From Tubiluchus corallicola (Eukaryota; Animalia; Priapulida), in the NCBI GenBank assembly GCA_030141605.1, contig JAQGDQ010000031.1, positions 620,001 through 684,000 on the forward strand: a stretch of 64,000 nt of DNA. Direction: 5' to 3'. The notes under the pieces were generated by a model. That model saw only the letters and a list, made by a program, of their open reading frames with translations. It ran no database searches and had not been told where the DNA came from. This document shows positions 1 to 13,900 of the stretch, piece by piece. The translations under genes were made by a program, and so were the position numbers. The stretch's first letter is position 1. Every line of letters begins with the position of its first letter.

Positions 1-261
1 ACAAAGAACATGCAAAAACGCAATTTAAGAATTTGAAGTGATCATAATAATGGAAATGCGAAAGGCTTGGAAGGAACCTAGATTTGAACCATTAAGCCCA
101 ATGTTTTTACCAGTTTGGTCAGTTGGACGTCATTGGCGTAGGTAATTTTAATGGTAATCCCTTTTCAATCTTATTTTACCCAAGCTTTAGCAGTTATTAT
201 TTACTATATTAAAAAAATCAGTTCTGAAATTAACTACTTTTTTGGTTATTTTTATTTACTC

Positions 262-495
262 ATTTGTTCGTTCGTTCGTTTGTCTGTCTGTTTGTTCATT
301 CAATTATTCATTCATTTAGTCAGTTATTTGTTTATTTACTAGGACACTCACTCGCTCACCTTACTCAGTCATTCACTTATTCATTCATTCACTCATCAAT
401 TCATTCATTCGTACATTCGTTCATTTGTTCGTTCGTTCTTTCGCTCGTCCTTTCAATTTTTTACTCACTCACTCATCTATTCATTTGTTTATTTC
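262..495. repeat. Degenerate tetranucleotide microsatellite (TCAT/TCGT/TTGT)n
   Basis: Runs of ttcattcattc, ttcgttcgttc and cactcactc visible directly; accounts for spurious ORFs 151..342 and 264..518. Confidence 0.85.
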
Positions 496-661
496 TGCAT
501 GTTGTAGGTAACCCCTGACTTTAAGCGGCCATTGACCTCGTTTAGGGCGATTTATATAAAAATAATACATACTACATCACTGAAGCATGCTAACATCACA
601 GGCTGTAGGAGCCAGTGTGAATAATTACTAATTAGTAATTATGTTATGAATTTAAAATTAC

Positions 662-1355
662 CTGGGCCTATACCCAATTCTGAACTGGTTTTAACCACAT
701 CATCCAGTAGTGCTTCCTTTATGATGGGGCCTACCGCATCTCCAACTAAACAAGAAATGTCCAAGGCACTAGTGTCGCCACCTGTTGGCTCTTGCTTGAT
801 ACACGCTGATGCTCTCGTGTGGCACGTGGGTGGAACGCGACTACATGATGTTGCGGAGGGAAAACTTGGCGACACAACGGTTGACATAGATTTCTGTGGA
901 AGACTTTTCCCAAACGAGTCGCTCTCGCGAGATAACGTCCTTGAACAACTTGCTTGGCTTCTGCTCAGATCACAGTACGTAAGTGTGGCATCAGGCTCTT
1001 GCTTTATTTCCATTCCCAGCTTGCTCGATTCTGTTCTGCCCAGAGGTTTCACTGATGTGAAATCACTGGATATACAGCTCATTATATCTAATAAATTATC
1101 ATAAAACAACGGATCAAAATCACAAGTATCAACATTTGCGTTGCAATAACTGTTGGCGGCGCACTGTGCGGGTACCGCTGGTTTAGTGTTGTCCAGTACA
1201 GTGCAGTCAGCGTAGTCCGATCTAGGCATTAAACTGTCCGGTGGGCAGTACTGCGAGAACAAACAAGACTTTGACGGTGAAGAGCTGTAATCTGAACCTT
1301 CGCTTGATGATGGACTTTGATTGTTGTCCCAGTTATTGTTAAGGTAACGTGGAAT
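662..1355 (-). CDS. Internal coding exon of a probable Pointed(SAM)-domain ETS transcription factor (SPDEF/Ets98B-like); gene continues left of the window
   Basis: Minus-strand acceptor ttttgtttcag|ATT at 1355 and donor CCAG|gtaatt at 662/661; 694 nt open (231 codons +1), GC-richer than flanks. Ser-rich, two IKQEP motifs, ends IIKEALLDDVVKTSSELGIGP|G-phase 1, resembling recalled SPDEF 'EVLKDIETACKLLNITADP' at the PNT domain start. Exon is solid; family assignment is inference because PNT core and ETS domain are outside the window. Confidence 0.6.
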
Positions 1356-4300
1356 CTGAAACAAAACAGAAAACAAACATTTATCGATTATTTTTAAACA
1401 CATTATAGTTTCAAATATTTTGCTGCAACGACAAGTGCAAGACTCCCTTTTGAACTGCAGGCCACCGCGTATCTGCAACAACAATAGCTCTATACGGTAA
1501 AATAAATGCAACATGATTATGCGCTGCCATTGCAACACACCGGCCCGCAGTTGAAAAGGAAAGCTAGTATTTGTATTATCTGATTTCGTCTAAAACAAGG
1601 CGTTTTATGTTTCTCGTGTAGATTTACTTTTGTAGAATGTAGGTCAAGTCAAAAGTTATGATGAAGTCCAGCACCAGTATTATACCAAAATCAGTTGATA
1701 AAGAATTCTCTATATTCCTGGAGCTTACAATTGCTATCGACATTAAATTTAAATGAGAGCTTTTGGTATAAAAAATTAAATAAAGTAAATTTCTTGTCGA
1801 AATTATGTAAATGCACTGAAAACCTGAACGAGCACAACTCTCATAGAAAGTTATTAGGAATGATCGCGTGACAGCAGACATGTAACAGTTTGATTAACAT
1901 ATTCATATCAATTGTGTGAACTTTTCTATCAGACAAAATTAATTGCCTTAAATTAAATTTGAATCGGGTTAAATTAGAAGAAGGAAAAGGAAACCGAGTC
2001 ACTGAAAGGGTTCTGTTTTCGTCTTCTATAATTGTTTGTAGGTCGGAATAAAACTTGGAAAATTTGTCTATCAAGCTATCATGCTTTTAAACGTTAATGG
2101 CTTTTCTATACTTCCCAGATGAAGATGTGTGAAAATGTTTCAGTCATATCGACATTATCTCTGCATTAATGGGTTATTATAATGCCGACATTCACGTTTG
2201 TTGAAAATAAAGGTCTATGACAAGTCTAGCTATCTCTTAGATTAAATACATAGACATTGACATAGACATCTTTATTGGTCATATTTACGACACATGATAT
2301 ACATGAAATTCATCGTTTATGTTTTGCACAAATTAGCAAAAGGCAATTAGCACAACAAATTCGCAATTGTAACTTAAATTCAACTGTCCACATAAATCTA
2401 AATGATACAATTGGAATAAACCTTAAAAAAGAAAAAAGAAAGCTGTTTAGAGCTCAATTAAATGCTTTGATTGAAGTGGGAAAAAGGGAAAATTTAAAGT
2501 GATTTGTTTTTGAAAAAGGTATATTTAATCTTACTTTGTGTGGGGGAAACTTAAATTCTTCATGTAGTGGATAAAAGTTATCAGTCATAATTTTGTTTAA
2601 CATTTCCAGTAACATATCATTACACAGAACTGTATGGTCGCGAATCAGATGCTTATAATCTAGTGTTTATGTTTATTAGCAAAGAAACGTTGTGGTTTTT
2701 ATTGGCACACAATTCGAAACTCAAGCAACCCAACGGTTTCCTAACCTTATGACCGTTTATTCGGCGCAATTTATCTAAACTAGAAAGCAGATAAATGCAT
2801 AAACGAACTGGCGAAGAACAGGAAAAGTATAATAATTTGTAATAAGATTTTCCCATGAATGCATTTTCTTGAATAAATTAAACTGAAAAATTAACGGAAC
2901 CAAAATATTTTGTCACAGTGACACTGCATCTTACCCAGTTAGTTATACAGTTAATGCGCACAAGGCTTATCAAAAACTTTTGTTTACCGTATTTAATGAA
3001 AATAAGAATAGTTACAAGATTCTTCTCAAAGGATCCGGCTGGGATGGGTCTTGAGCTGATTATTATTATACTCCTCAAATGGACAGGCAAATAGCGGTAC
3101 CTATGAGCATTATACGATTCAGCGATTTTCTGAAGAAGAAAGGAAACGAACCTCATTGTGATCTCGTTTTTCGGCAACAAATTAATTGCGAACACAGTAG
3201 AACATCAGAAGGCCTATAATTCGGTAATGGAGGCAAAGCTGTCACGATCATAGAGACAAAGCTACCAAAATTGTGGAGATAAAGCGACCAGGACGATGGA
3301 GATAAAGCTGCTAACACCACTGCAACAACATACTTCGGAAGCGTACGTGTTCCGCTTGTCCAGATGAAGACATTGTCAAGCAGATTTGGCAGTGATGTAT
3401 ACAAGATTTCATTTATCATATTATGTGTATGGAGATTAGACAAGAGAGAAAACGCGATAAACATTTTGTACCGCAGGTCAAACTAAATTCTCGTCTCCTA
3501 TAACAGGAAAGTCACCTTCCAAAGTACATAACTTACGACTTTGAGCAGAAATCATGTTGTTCATTGTAAAAGGCGACGATCCATCTCGTTGCAAATCAGT
3601 AACCATAAACTTCGAAGCTGTTAATCTGCATTTCAAACTCACCCAATACGCATTTAATCGAGGCTATTTCGTGACACAACAAAAATAACAAAAACAAGCT
3701 TTATAATTTATCCGGAAAACCATCGTCAAATAACTTTTTCAGCAAACGAATCAACAAAATTAATGATTAATAGAAAAAAGACAACTTCAATGACACCATC
3801 ATTCGTGTTAAAGGTTTCAATACCTCTAGTATTAACAGCACTGACAATTCCTAAATAATTCATGCGATATTTTTTTTGTTAAAGCCTATAGACATTCTGT
3901 TACAAGCAGTGGGAAAATATATAAAAGCAACAGCTACAAGAATTTTTACATTTTTACACAGTCGATTAGATATGTACAAAACACCCTCTGGCTTTCTAAG
4001 CACCACTTTTTCCAATGCCAGGACATCGCCGAAAGCCCAAGCATAAAGAAAAAACTCAAAATAGTAACGTGATAACAGGACATTTACTGCCCTCTCCGCT
4101 TATATGCAATAATTAAACGAGAACTAATCCGCAGTTTTGAGTACTTCTAAGACAAGAAGTACATTTACAAAATTACTGACAAGAATTAAAAAATCTTAGT
4201 AAAAATTTAAAGCATGCCGACAAACTCCGTCACATCTTTTCGCCTTGTTTCAAAGCTGATATGGCAGCGTGGACGTTCTAATCAGCTGCAAAATTTCTAA

Positions 4301-7300
4301 CACGTATGATATAAAATTTTTGTAACTGCAGTTTATTTGAAGCTAACTATGAGCTGTTGCAAAATTATAAGTTTGTGCAAATACGAATTAAGCTGTAGTA
4401 AGTTGTTTTCTCAAACGGTATTTTATGACTATGACATTTGTTTTAGTTTGTAATGTCACGAAGTATGGAAACAATGGAAAAAGTGTTTAATACTGGAAAG
4501 AAATAACAGGGCTGGTAATACTCTTAATAGTGCTAGTTAGGTTTTTAAATCAGTGATTTTCTTTTTCAAACGAATCAGGCATTGAACAAGAATTTTTACT
4601 TTTCCTGGTCTTTTACTGGCTCCCTACTCCTGCTCAAAGTCGGTATTGATATCAGTTAATTATTTTATTACGCTTATATCATATTTGGTATTAATGTATA
4701 GGCTTATTTGTTTGCTCAAATGGAAAAGTAAACTAAAAAAAGTAACTTGCTTAAAGTTCAGCATTTAGACGTTCCTTATCAAATCGAGAAGTACGAGGCG
4801 CTGCGTTCTTTGGCGCAGGGAACAGGTGCTGACCCGACTCTAATAATCAGAATATTAGAACAGAGCGGCGTGCAATAATGTTTCTCGGTTGCTGTGCTCA
4901 CCGCCCGACTTCACCATGAATCAGCTACTGAGAAATAGCTGAGTTAATGATGGCGGCGCAGATGAATCCTTCCGCATCAAAGAGCTGCGCAGTTTATTAG
5001 AAGCCGCGCTCCAGAATAAGACACTTTTAGTGCAAGCTCGCCGCTCATATTAATTAATGGATTTGCAAGAATACTTTTTCTTCTATGCATTGAAAATTCA
5101 CACGTCAGTTTTGGAATCACAAACAAAGAACTCACCATATAAAGTGGTGAGTGGATGATTAAGGAGAAAAGGGCATGCTTGACTCTACCAAGAGGAAAAA
5201 CATATATTTGGCAAAAAAATAATGCGAAACGAAAACCTTTGTCATCGCTTTCGGAAAACGATTAATGAAATTTCAAGTTTTCCTGCAGTTCTTTAATTTC
5301 TGATAGAATAAGTCGAAATGCTCCTATTTTCTAAGTAAATTAGATTTTTGAGAAAAAAGCATAATGTAACAGTAACTGGAAATTCATTTTTATAAAAGCA
5401 CTTTATGTACAACACACATTACTAATATTAATTGCAATAATGAATTTTGTAAACCATTACATATAGATGTGACTCATTAAATTACCTTCCCAAATATTGT
5501 TCAAATTGTGCCGTTTAGTAATTTTACTTTATGTTTACTCCTATATAGTATATAGGCCTATTTGTTATACGGTGCACGTTACAGCAAGTGGAACATTAAA
5601 CATTGACGACATAGTCACATATGATTTTTCTAATTTTTACTTTTTTACTTTCTAGTATGACTCTTTCTTTGTAATGTATAACAGTCTAGATATGATTTTA
5701 GAATGTATGTATGACTCTACATTAATTCATTTTACTGGTAACGACAATTTATAATTGATATATTGTTGATTTGATACATGCGCTACGTAGAAGCCTGCGA
5801 CAAGGAGCAGAAAAGTTAAAAATTCCCGTTTAATACCTGATTTGTTTGAAAAAGAAAATCACTATTTTCAAAACCTAACTGGCACTATTAGGAGTCACGC
5901 TAGGCCTCTAAGAGTCATACTAGGCCTACCTTTTCTTTCCTATATTAAACACTTTTTGCATTGTCTTTCCTTACCTCGTGAGACATTACAAACTAAAACA
6001 AATGTCATAGTCATAAAAAGGCGTTTGGGAAAACAACTTACTACAGCTTAATTCATATTTACACAAGCTTATAATTTTACAATTGTTTGTGCTTAATTTT
6101 TACAGCAGCCCGTATTTTGCCTAAAACCGAGGACGCCTCATGTTTTATTCGTCTAGTTTTTACCTTCGAAATATTTTTACAACTATAATTGAACACTTAA
6201 AAATTCAAGATGCTGCAGGTACTAGTCGCAATATTTGATGTACAGTGTTATAAAGTGGTAATGTAATAATGTTTATAAATGCAATAATTTTTTATCAAGC
6301 AGACCATGACAAGGCGAAAACCAAATTCGGTGAAAATTATTTTATAGTTGCCGTCTAATGATTATTGAAATCTAAATTGCCATTGGAAACAGCGCAATGG
6401 TGCGAAAAATAATTTGTCGTATAAAAGCATGGGGGAGGTCTTGGTATCGCTTCATAACTATCTGATTAACAAAAATTAACCAATAACTAAAACAAGTAAA
6501 TCACTTAAAAGTGAATTAAAGAAAAGATCATTTAATTGGTTAAATCAGTCAATTAGTAAATCCGAAAAGACTGTCCATTGTTACATATTCACGTTTTGCT
6601 ATTCTGTATCGTTTTATTGTTTTTTAAAATGAAAAATTACTATTCTGAGAAAATTCTGTCACTGTCACTGTGTAGGCGGGCGTGAATATTTTACTGCTTT
6701 CTACATTTTACGGGTTCATTTTATTTGGGAAAAAATAAAAAGTGTAAATATTAAAACTCTACGACTTGTGATTAAGTAATAACAGCATGGAATTAAAACA
6801 GAAACACAAGGCTGACAAAGATAAGTACGATAAAAATATATTCGTATTAAAAATAGAAGCACGATGTCATGGTAAAATGTTAGAATAGTGAAATGTAATC
6901 CCTTGTTACAAAACCTAATGACGCTGTATGTTTCTAACGAGAATTATTTTTTACTGGAGCCTCATTAGTAAAAAAGTTTTAGTAGAATAGTAAAATTGAT
7001 TACGATATTAACTGAACAATGTAATCGATCAATGCTATGAACAATCGATCAATCGATCAAATTAAAACTTACATTAAATACGCATTGTTTTAAAATTAAT
7101 GTAAATTTTGGTGCAGTAATCGTTTAAAGATAGGAAATTTTAGACTTAAGATTTAAATTTGCAACAGTTATATAATAATGTTGCTAAGATCTTTTAGTAT
7201 TGTATTTATGCAAGTTACAATTTGTCCACCAGGAAACAGTGTGTTAGCTAATTCTTTAAGAACTACCCTTCAAATCATCCCTATTTTGATATAACAAATA

Positions 7301-9747
7301 ACAAATAAATAACAGAACCTATTAGAGCAGTTGCTACAGTAAAAGCGATGATGATAATAATGAATGTGATGATGATGGCAATTATCCCGAGAATGAGAAA
7401 GAGATGACGTACGACAGCGACGAGAAACGGAATGTGACGGTGTTTTTTAAATGCACGTCAAAAATTTAATAATTAATTTCTAAGCTACTTTTAAGTACCT
7501 CGTCGACTTAAAACGAGTTGTAAATTGAATTATCTTTTAATAGCATTCATCCACAAAGACTTTTAACAAGAGTTCTGGAGAATTTAATCGGGAAAATGTA
7601 TTATAGTGTCGCCTGTACAGGTATTTTCAATTATCATTTTACAGCAGCGTATAAATGAATTTTACTCAACTATTCAACTATACTTTATATAATAAAATAA
7701 TAACATTTGTATAGACTCGCAAAGTTATAAGTCTTGTCTTAGGTACAGTACTCGGTAATTGTGAAGGCCAAACACGCAAATATGTTGCTATATAGCTTTA
7801 TATTTTATAGATGCAATAGCCATAAACACGCAGCCACCCATTAATATGGGGAGGTAGAAAACAAAATGCATATCTTAAAGCTTGCTGTCACTACGTGATA
7901 AGTACAGGTCTTGCATAAAAACGTTTTTGTATTGCATTAATTGGGACGTAACATGATGACAGGATGAATAATGATATTTTACGTAGCGCGTATTTGGAAG
8001 TTTACAAGCTATACTGCTATAATACTGGAAAAAGGCCTTGCTAAGTGTACATTCATTGCTGTGAATAATTTATGTAATAAGGTTCTAGAAAACTAAATTG
8101 CCCCAGGGCTAACACAAAATTACAATTTCTTGCATGTAATATCTGGCTTGTACTCACAGGTGTTAATGATATGGGTGGTACTTATTATAAATGAATTACG
8201 AAAATGTGAAAACACGAAAAATAGATAAGTAAGACTTTAAATACTTACGGAGGGAGTATTTGTACAGGCAAAAGTTCAATTAAGTCTTTGGACTGGATAG
8301 AAATTTCAAGTGATCAATAACAATAACATAAATAATAAAAATAGAACAAGGAATAACGAGAATAAAAAGTAAAAATATCGAAACGAAAATTTTTAGCAAT
8401 GTGCTTCAGTTTCCAAGACACAATCAAAGCACAAATAATTTTCGTTCATTTCTATACGATGACTGCGAATTCACTAACGAAATGGCAGTAGACAACTCGA
8501 AGCTTACATACGGACGTCAATGATTTACAACGTAGACGATCATTTAGGAGAAGACAAATTTGACAAAAACAACTTCAGGCAATGCCTTAAAAAGCTCTCA
8601 GTTGTTAACAGCACAGCTCGTGCGCGTGTAAACGTAATGTTCATGTACCTTATTGTGTCGATATAAAGTAACAATAGATTGTAATGCTATTATAGTCCTA
8701 TTATATGACAAGTAAAGCTAAGCCTATATGATGTGGGCATACTCAGACTATGACGCCAGATTGAACTTGCAATTTGTGCGCAATGACCTAGTTATTGTAA
8801 GTTGTTTATTCTCCCACCTTGCTTGCAAACTTCTTGTTGTTGCCCACAGGCACATTTTTATTAGTGTTTTTTGTTGAAGCATAGAAGAGTTGTGTACTTG
8901 CAGCGGTCACTTATCTTGCTCAGGTAGTTTGCGTTTAAAAACAGCGACAAACTGCCCTTGACATTTCAGTGAGACAGAGCACATAGGCCTACTGTATCTT
9001 CTAATATTAAATTTGTAAATTTTCAAATGAAGTTAAATGAGCCGCATTACTGCATATGATGGGGTCTTGTAGTCTAATGGTTACTATTTGGCATGGTGCA
9101 CTTCTTTAACCATACAGCCTTGTTAAAATGCCAAAAATATTTTCGTTCAACAATGATTTTAGTTGGAGTAGGCACAATAAAGAGTTTGCTTACACTGACC
9201 TACATGAAAGGGCATCACAAAATGTGTAGTATCATGTGGCTGGTTGTTGGTTTTGAATAAGTATTTATTATAACAACTTTCTGCATATATTACAGTCCAT
9301 GAAACAGCAGGTAAACCTGTTTCAAATTGTCTGGACTGCTGATAAAGTATCAAAAAATAATAGTGAAATTACCATCACAAATTGCTGGTTGTTTGTAAAA
9401 GAGTTGTGATACGTTTTCATAACTTGCTAACACTGACTTGTTTTGATGATGTCTATTAAATGATTGACAACAAGATAAACTGTTGCTTATGGTTTTTTTT
9501 CTAAATTGGCCTCGCATTGCGCTGCCAACTACAGATGTTATGTTTCCGTATAACCGACAGTGGGCAAAATAATGCATTTGTGTCGCTATTTAAAAAAGAA
9601 AACTAAGTACAACTTACCACTTGTTTCAGAATTTACATATTTACGCATTTTGCTTGCTTAATACTCGAGTAGCATGACTTAATGCGGCCTATATACACAT
9701 GTAATTGTAGATTAGCTAGCTAATTAATTGTAGATTGGGACACTTAC

Positions 9748-9946
9748 CACGCACAACATTGTTTACAGCTGTCATGTCTTTTACTCCTGCGCTTACTCAG
9801 GCAGCAAATCTGTTTCTTGAAGCTTCTCTCATAAACAAAACGAGAAACTATCTGTGCCGAGTGATATAAACAAACTTTCCTCAGACAGCGTCTCTCGTTC
9901 GCAGACGGTAAAAAATCTGGTTCCGGGTAAAGTTCCAAGAAATATG
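9748..9946 (-). other. Candidate upstream (5') exon of the minus-strand gene
   Basis: Strong minus donor GTG|gtaagt at 9748/9747; ATG TTG TGC GTG just before it is phase 0 and would join in frame to the 1355 exon (MLCV-IPRY...). Acceptor near 9947 is weak. A further donor GAG|gtgagc near 10068 suggests a non-coding first exon. Confidence 0.3.
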
Positions 9947-10139
9947 CTGACTCAGAATCAAATTTGCCAAATAATCGATAAAACAGGCAAACAAACAAAC
10001 ATAAACACGTGCAAAGCGATCGACGAAATTAGTAAACAGCAATAACTAACTTGTATACATGCGCTCACCTCGAATAAACTCTCACTGAGTAACATCGTGG
10101 TAATGTGGTATTTGCCAGACGAGTTCGTACTACGCAATA

Positions 10140-10220
10140 TTTGGCGCCTGCGCCGTTTCTTCGTAGTAGCACGTGACGAATTATGAATGAACTGTAAGAC
10201 CCGCCTCTAGTGACGTCAGA
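10140..10220 (-). promoter_or_regulatory. Putative promoter region with E-box and CRE
   Basis: CpG-rich patch with CACGTGAC (10170-10177) and palindromic TGACGTCA (10211-10218), just upstream of candidate minus-strand first exons; NRF1-like CGCGCATGCGCG near 10739 and TGCGCATGTGCA near 12103. Confidence 0.35.
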
Positions 10221-12710
10221 GTTCCTGAAAAAACGTGCAACTACTATAGCTAGTAAAACCTCACGTTCAAATAAGCTAAGTCAGTGGGTTTTTCTTAAAC
10301 TAAATAATAAAGCAATTGCTATCAATTTAACAAAATATGATTCTAGTGAAACGAAATATTTGAATAAGAAGCGTAAGCCTAGAAGAAGTTTTCGTTTTTC
10401 AACGATAAAATTTTGCAGAAATTTGAGTCAAGTATTGCACATTTGATTTAAACACAAAACGCTTAATCCTACTAAACTAACCTGTAATCAGATTTTTTCA
10501 AAACCACAATTTTCTCAAAAACTGATTTATAAAAACAAGAAGCTAATCAAGTATATGTATAGCTGAAACAATTAAGATTAAGTCAAATAAATGTTTTTAA
10601 AATCGAAATGCTGAATTAACTATAGAAAGTTGCAATATTTAGCATCAACTAGCACAAAAATTAGTTCTTGTAGGAAAAGTAAGCCTATAACTAATTGGTC
10701 GTGCACAGCTCCAAAGAGTGGGAAGCTTACCTAGGGCACGCGCATGCGCGGTGGGTACTACCGACACCAGCTTTGCGCAGGCGTTACACAAGTTGAGTGA
10801 CATGAAACAGATTGCGCCAAAACACTAAAATTTTGCGATGTTTGTAAACGTAAATCTTAGGTGGGCGTGTGTGAAACTGGGTACTTTGTGCCTAAGTTAT
10901 GTGTCACGTCCCTACAGTGAAAATTTAAATTAATATTAGGTTTCACGAAATGTGCACGCTGGTTTATCATTAGTTTATTTGTGTAATGTACATAACAAGA
11001 AACAAGAGGGTGCTGATCTGATGTGGTGAAGTCCAACAGGCTGTGAGATGCGGGGGAGTACTTGAGAACTCTAGCTCCGACTCCCGCAGAATACAAAACA
11101 GGCCATCTGCAGACAGGTTAAACTGTTTTGACGAGTTACATAAAATGTTTAAAAAAACTTTATGAAAGCCGCATGGCGACTCACTCACGAAATTCACCCA
11201 CGTAACTGTTCAAAAACGCCCGCCTGCCTGGTACATCACACTAGTAGCACATTAATTTCACTGATTGTAAGATGATACGCAAATCTGGACTCTGGCTAGA
11301 ATGGGTCTAAGGTAGGGCTTTTAATAAATGTCAGGGATTCACTGACTGACTCATCGACCGACCAACTAACTGACTGATTGCTTAAATCGATTATTAAAGA
11401 GGTCTTCATCTTGTTGTTCATGGTAAAAAAACAAGTTCAAACCTTTCTTGCTTTTATGGTAAAAATCGCATTAGTGTGTTAAATTGTTAATTAATTAATA
11501 TGACATCAGAATATACTTTACAATGGCAAGTATAGCGTCCACGTTGTAGTCACATTTTATTCAAGCATAATAAATTTAATAATTAATATAGAAAACAAAA
11601 TAAATTCACTTAAGTAGCCACTGTAACCAGTTTAAATGTTATTTTAGCTACTTATTTGTGATTTTACTGATTTGCTATAGGCTACAGGTGTCATATACTA
11701 CAGGAGTACAGGCAAACAAAATTATTTACTATTTTGTGATTTGTTTTACTGTTATAAGTAGGATTCACTTGAGAGCAAACGTAATGATCACTTTTACATG
11801 AAAACAAATCAACTAGTTTCGTAGAAAATTGCTCCCACTTTTAAGCCTAACAGTACTGATTTATTTAACAAACTAAAGAAGTGCCGACGGGCGCGGCACG
11901 TTTCATCTTAACATCATATAACACCGGCTTTGAGCAGAGAGTAATTACACTAAATAACCGATAGGGGAGGTTCGCGGTATATCATTTCGTTATTCAGGCC
12001 TATAAATCAATAAAAACAGTTTCGGTGGAAATGAAAACAGTAGCTGGTTGAAGCCAGAGGCAACAACTTTCGCCAAGCTGCATGGGTACGTTTAGACCGC
12101 ACTGCGCATGTGCAATTCAAATGTCTAGTCACGTGCAAAGCTGCATGTGTCAGCCACGTGGATAATTTGTATACTATTGCTTCCGACAAAAACTTGGATT
12201 ATGATTCTATCTGGTGTAGATCTGTTGTGAAGTTCCAGGCAAATGTGATCGTGGGACTTTTAGTGCGTAGGTTTAGTGTATGTATACATGTCTGTCTACT
12301 AACCAGAGCCACACAGAAAATCTTTCAAATAAAATCTGGCCAATTTGCAAACCTGTAACGGACTTAGAAAGGTAACTAGAAGAAAGATTACTCAAAAAGT
12401 ACAAATAAATGAATGAATTTAATAGCCTTGTAACACTTCCATAACGAAATTCAAACCTACAGTTATTTTCTGCAGGTTCCATCACTTCCATGTCATTATT
12501 TTGTATAAACTGATTTGTGGTAAGCACATAAAATGTAGAAAAGAAGAATCCTTACAAAAGGAGAATCAGGTTCGTGCCTGCTAACTATTACAATTATATC
12601 AACCATATTAAACACTTTCGTTTCTTCAATTATTAAAAATAAAAAGTCAAAATTGTCATAACACAGGCAGCAAGCCTATTGTCAAGCTTTATCACAACGT
12701 CGACATTCTC

Positions 12711-13062
12711 AGAAAGGTTTCATTTTGAAATGCATAATAAAAAATGTCAAAACTACAATCATAGCACTATTAATTTTTTTCAGGAAAAAACGTTTACAAC
12801 ACGTCTCCGCTTACACAAATAAATATAAACGACACATTATATTTAATGCTAATGTAGTAACTTAACTTAGTTTCACTGTTTTTAAATGTAGCCGAAAGGT
12901 TTCATTGTTTTTGTGTTTTTTCACATTAAAAACGCCATGACTACAATGATAGCACTCTTAATTTTTTTCAGAAAAAAACTACGTTAACAACAGGTCTACA
13001 CTTACACAAATAAATATAAGCAACACCTTACCTTTAATGCAATTGTGGCAGCTTAACTTAGT
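12711..13062. repeat. Diverged tandem duplication, two ~180-bp copies
   Basis: gaaaggtttcatt...ctacaat(c/g)atagcact...cttacacaaataaatataa...cttaacttagt occurs twice in succession. Confidence 0.85.
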
Positions 13063-13844
13063 AATTGTTTTGTTACTGCTGTCATCAAAATATATTACTT
13101 TTATCACAAAATGTTAAATCTTAGAAAAACTGATTAGTGCTCTCACGTATTGATAGCAGTGCGCACTTTCTGCATGTGCATACATCTACATCATTGTTAT
13201 ATAGCTACGCTCTTATTCAGCTACGAGATGTGTCTACTGGCTTTCCGTTCTACCAACCGTGACTGAATCAGTGCATGATTCTGTAAAATAAGCAGCGTAG
13301 TAGCTAGTAGTAGAACCTACCTGGAACTATGCCAATGCGGGCAAACCTGATTCCCAGGGCTTAGAGTTAGCAGCGGTAAACATTTTATTTGTGACCACTG
13401 CTGCTAGCAAGTGGTTTCATTTTCCCGCTGCTGGGGATGAAGTTTGGAAACAGGTTGTTTTGGTGTTTTGAGAAGCGGCGTGTTTCCCTTTAGCCTACGC
13501 TTGTGTGCAGTGAGCCTTTCGCTGGTAAAATCGATGAACAGTTTAAGACAAGTAACCCTTGTAACGCAGAACAACACGAAGTATTGTTGTCTTTTTACTT
13601 TTTCGTTTCGACTTGAATTGTATTAGGCCTAATCGTAGTTTAATGTAGTATTATAATTTATAGGCCCTAATACTGTTATTATGACATTATGAAAAACTAA
13701 CGCTCACAGTTCTAAACCAGTTAAGCAAACTCTTGTACGTTTCATAATTCTTTTCATTATTAGCACGCACAAAAATACTAATTTAGAATAAGACAGTAAT
13801 AAATGACTGCATATAGACGCCACACATAGACGTCAGAGTATGAA

Positions 13845-13900
13845 CGCCAAAGGTAAACAACATTAGGCTGGTTGGCAAAAGGTTGGATGACTGCCGGGGA
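13845..13900 (+). mobile_element. Highly degenerate 5S rRNA-derived SINE (SINE3-like) head
   Basis: cgccaaaggtaaacaacattaggctggttggcaaaaggttggatgactgccgggga aligns loosely by eye with the 5S internal control region (CCGAAGTTAAGC...GGTTAGTACTTGGATGGGWGACCGCCTGGGA) and with the copy at 38459. Confidence 0.35.

Noticed and set aside
646-1104. 152-aa plus-strand ORF
   Set aside because: Antisense shadow of the minus-strand exon; no recognisable protein features or splice context.
1356-1538. N-terminal extension of ORF 639..1538
   Set aside because: Lies upstream of a clear polypyrimidine/CAG acceptor and begins at a non-ATG codon; treated as intron.
3070-3400. GC-richer patch, possible exon or LINE endonuclease remnant
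   Set aside because: No consistent frame or paired splice sites; motif resemblance too weak.
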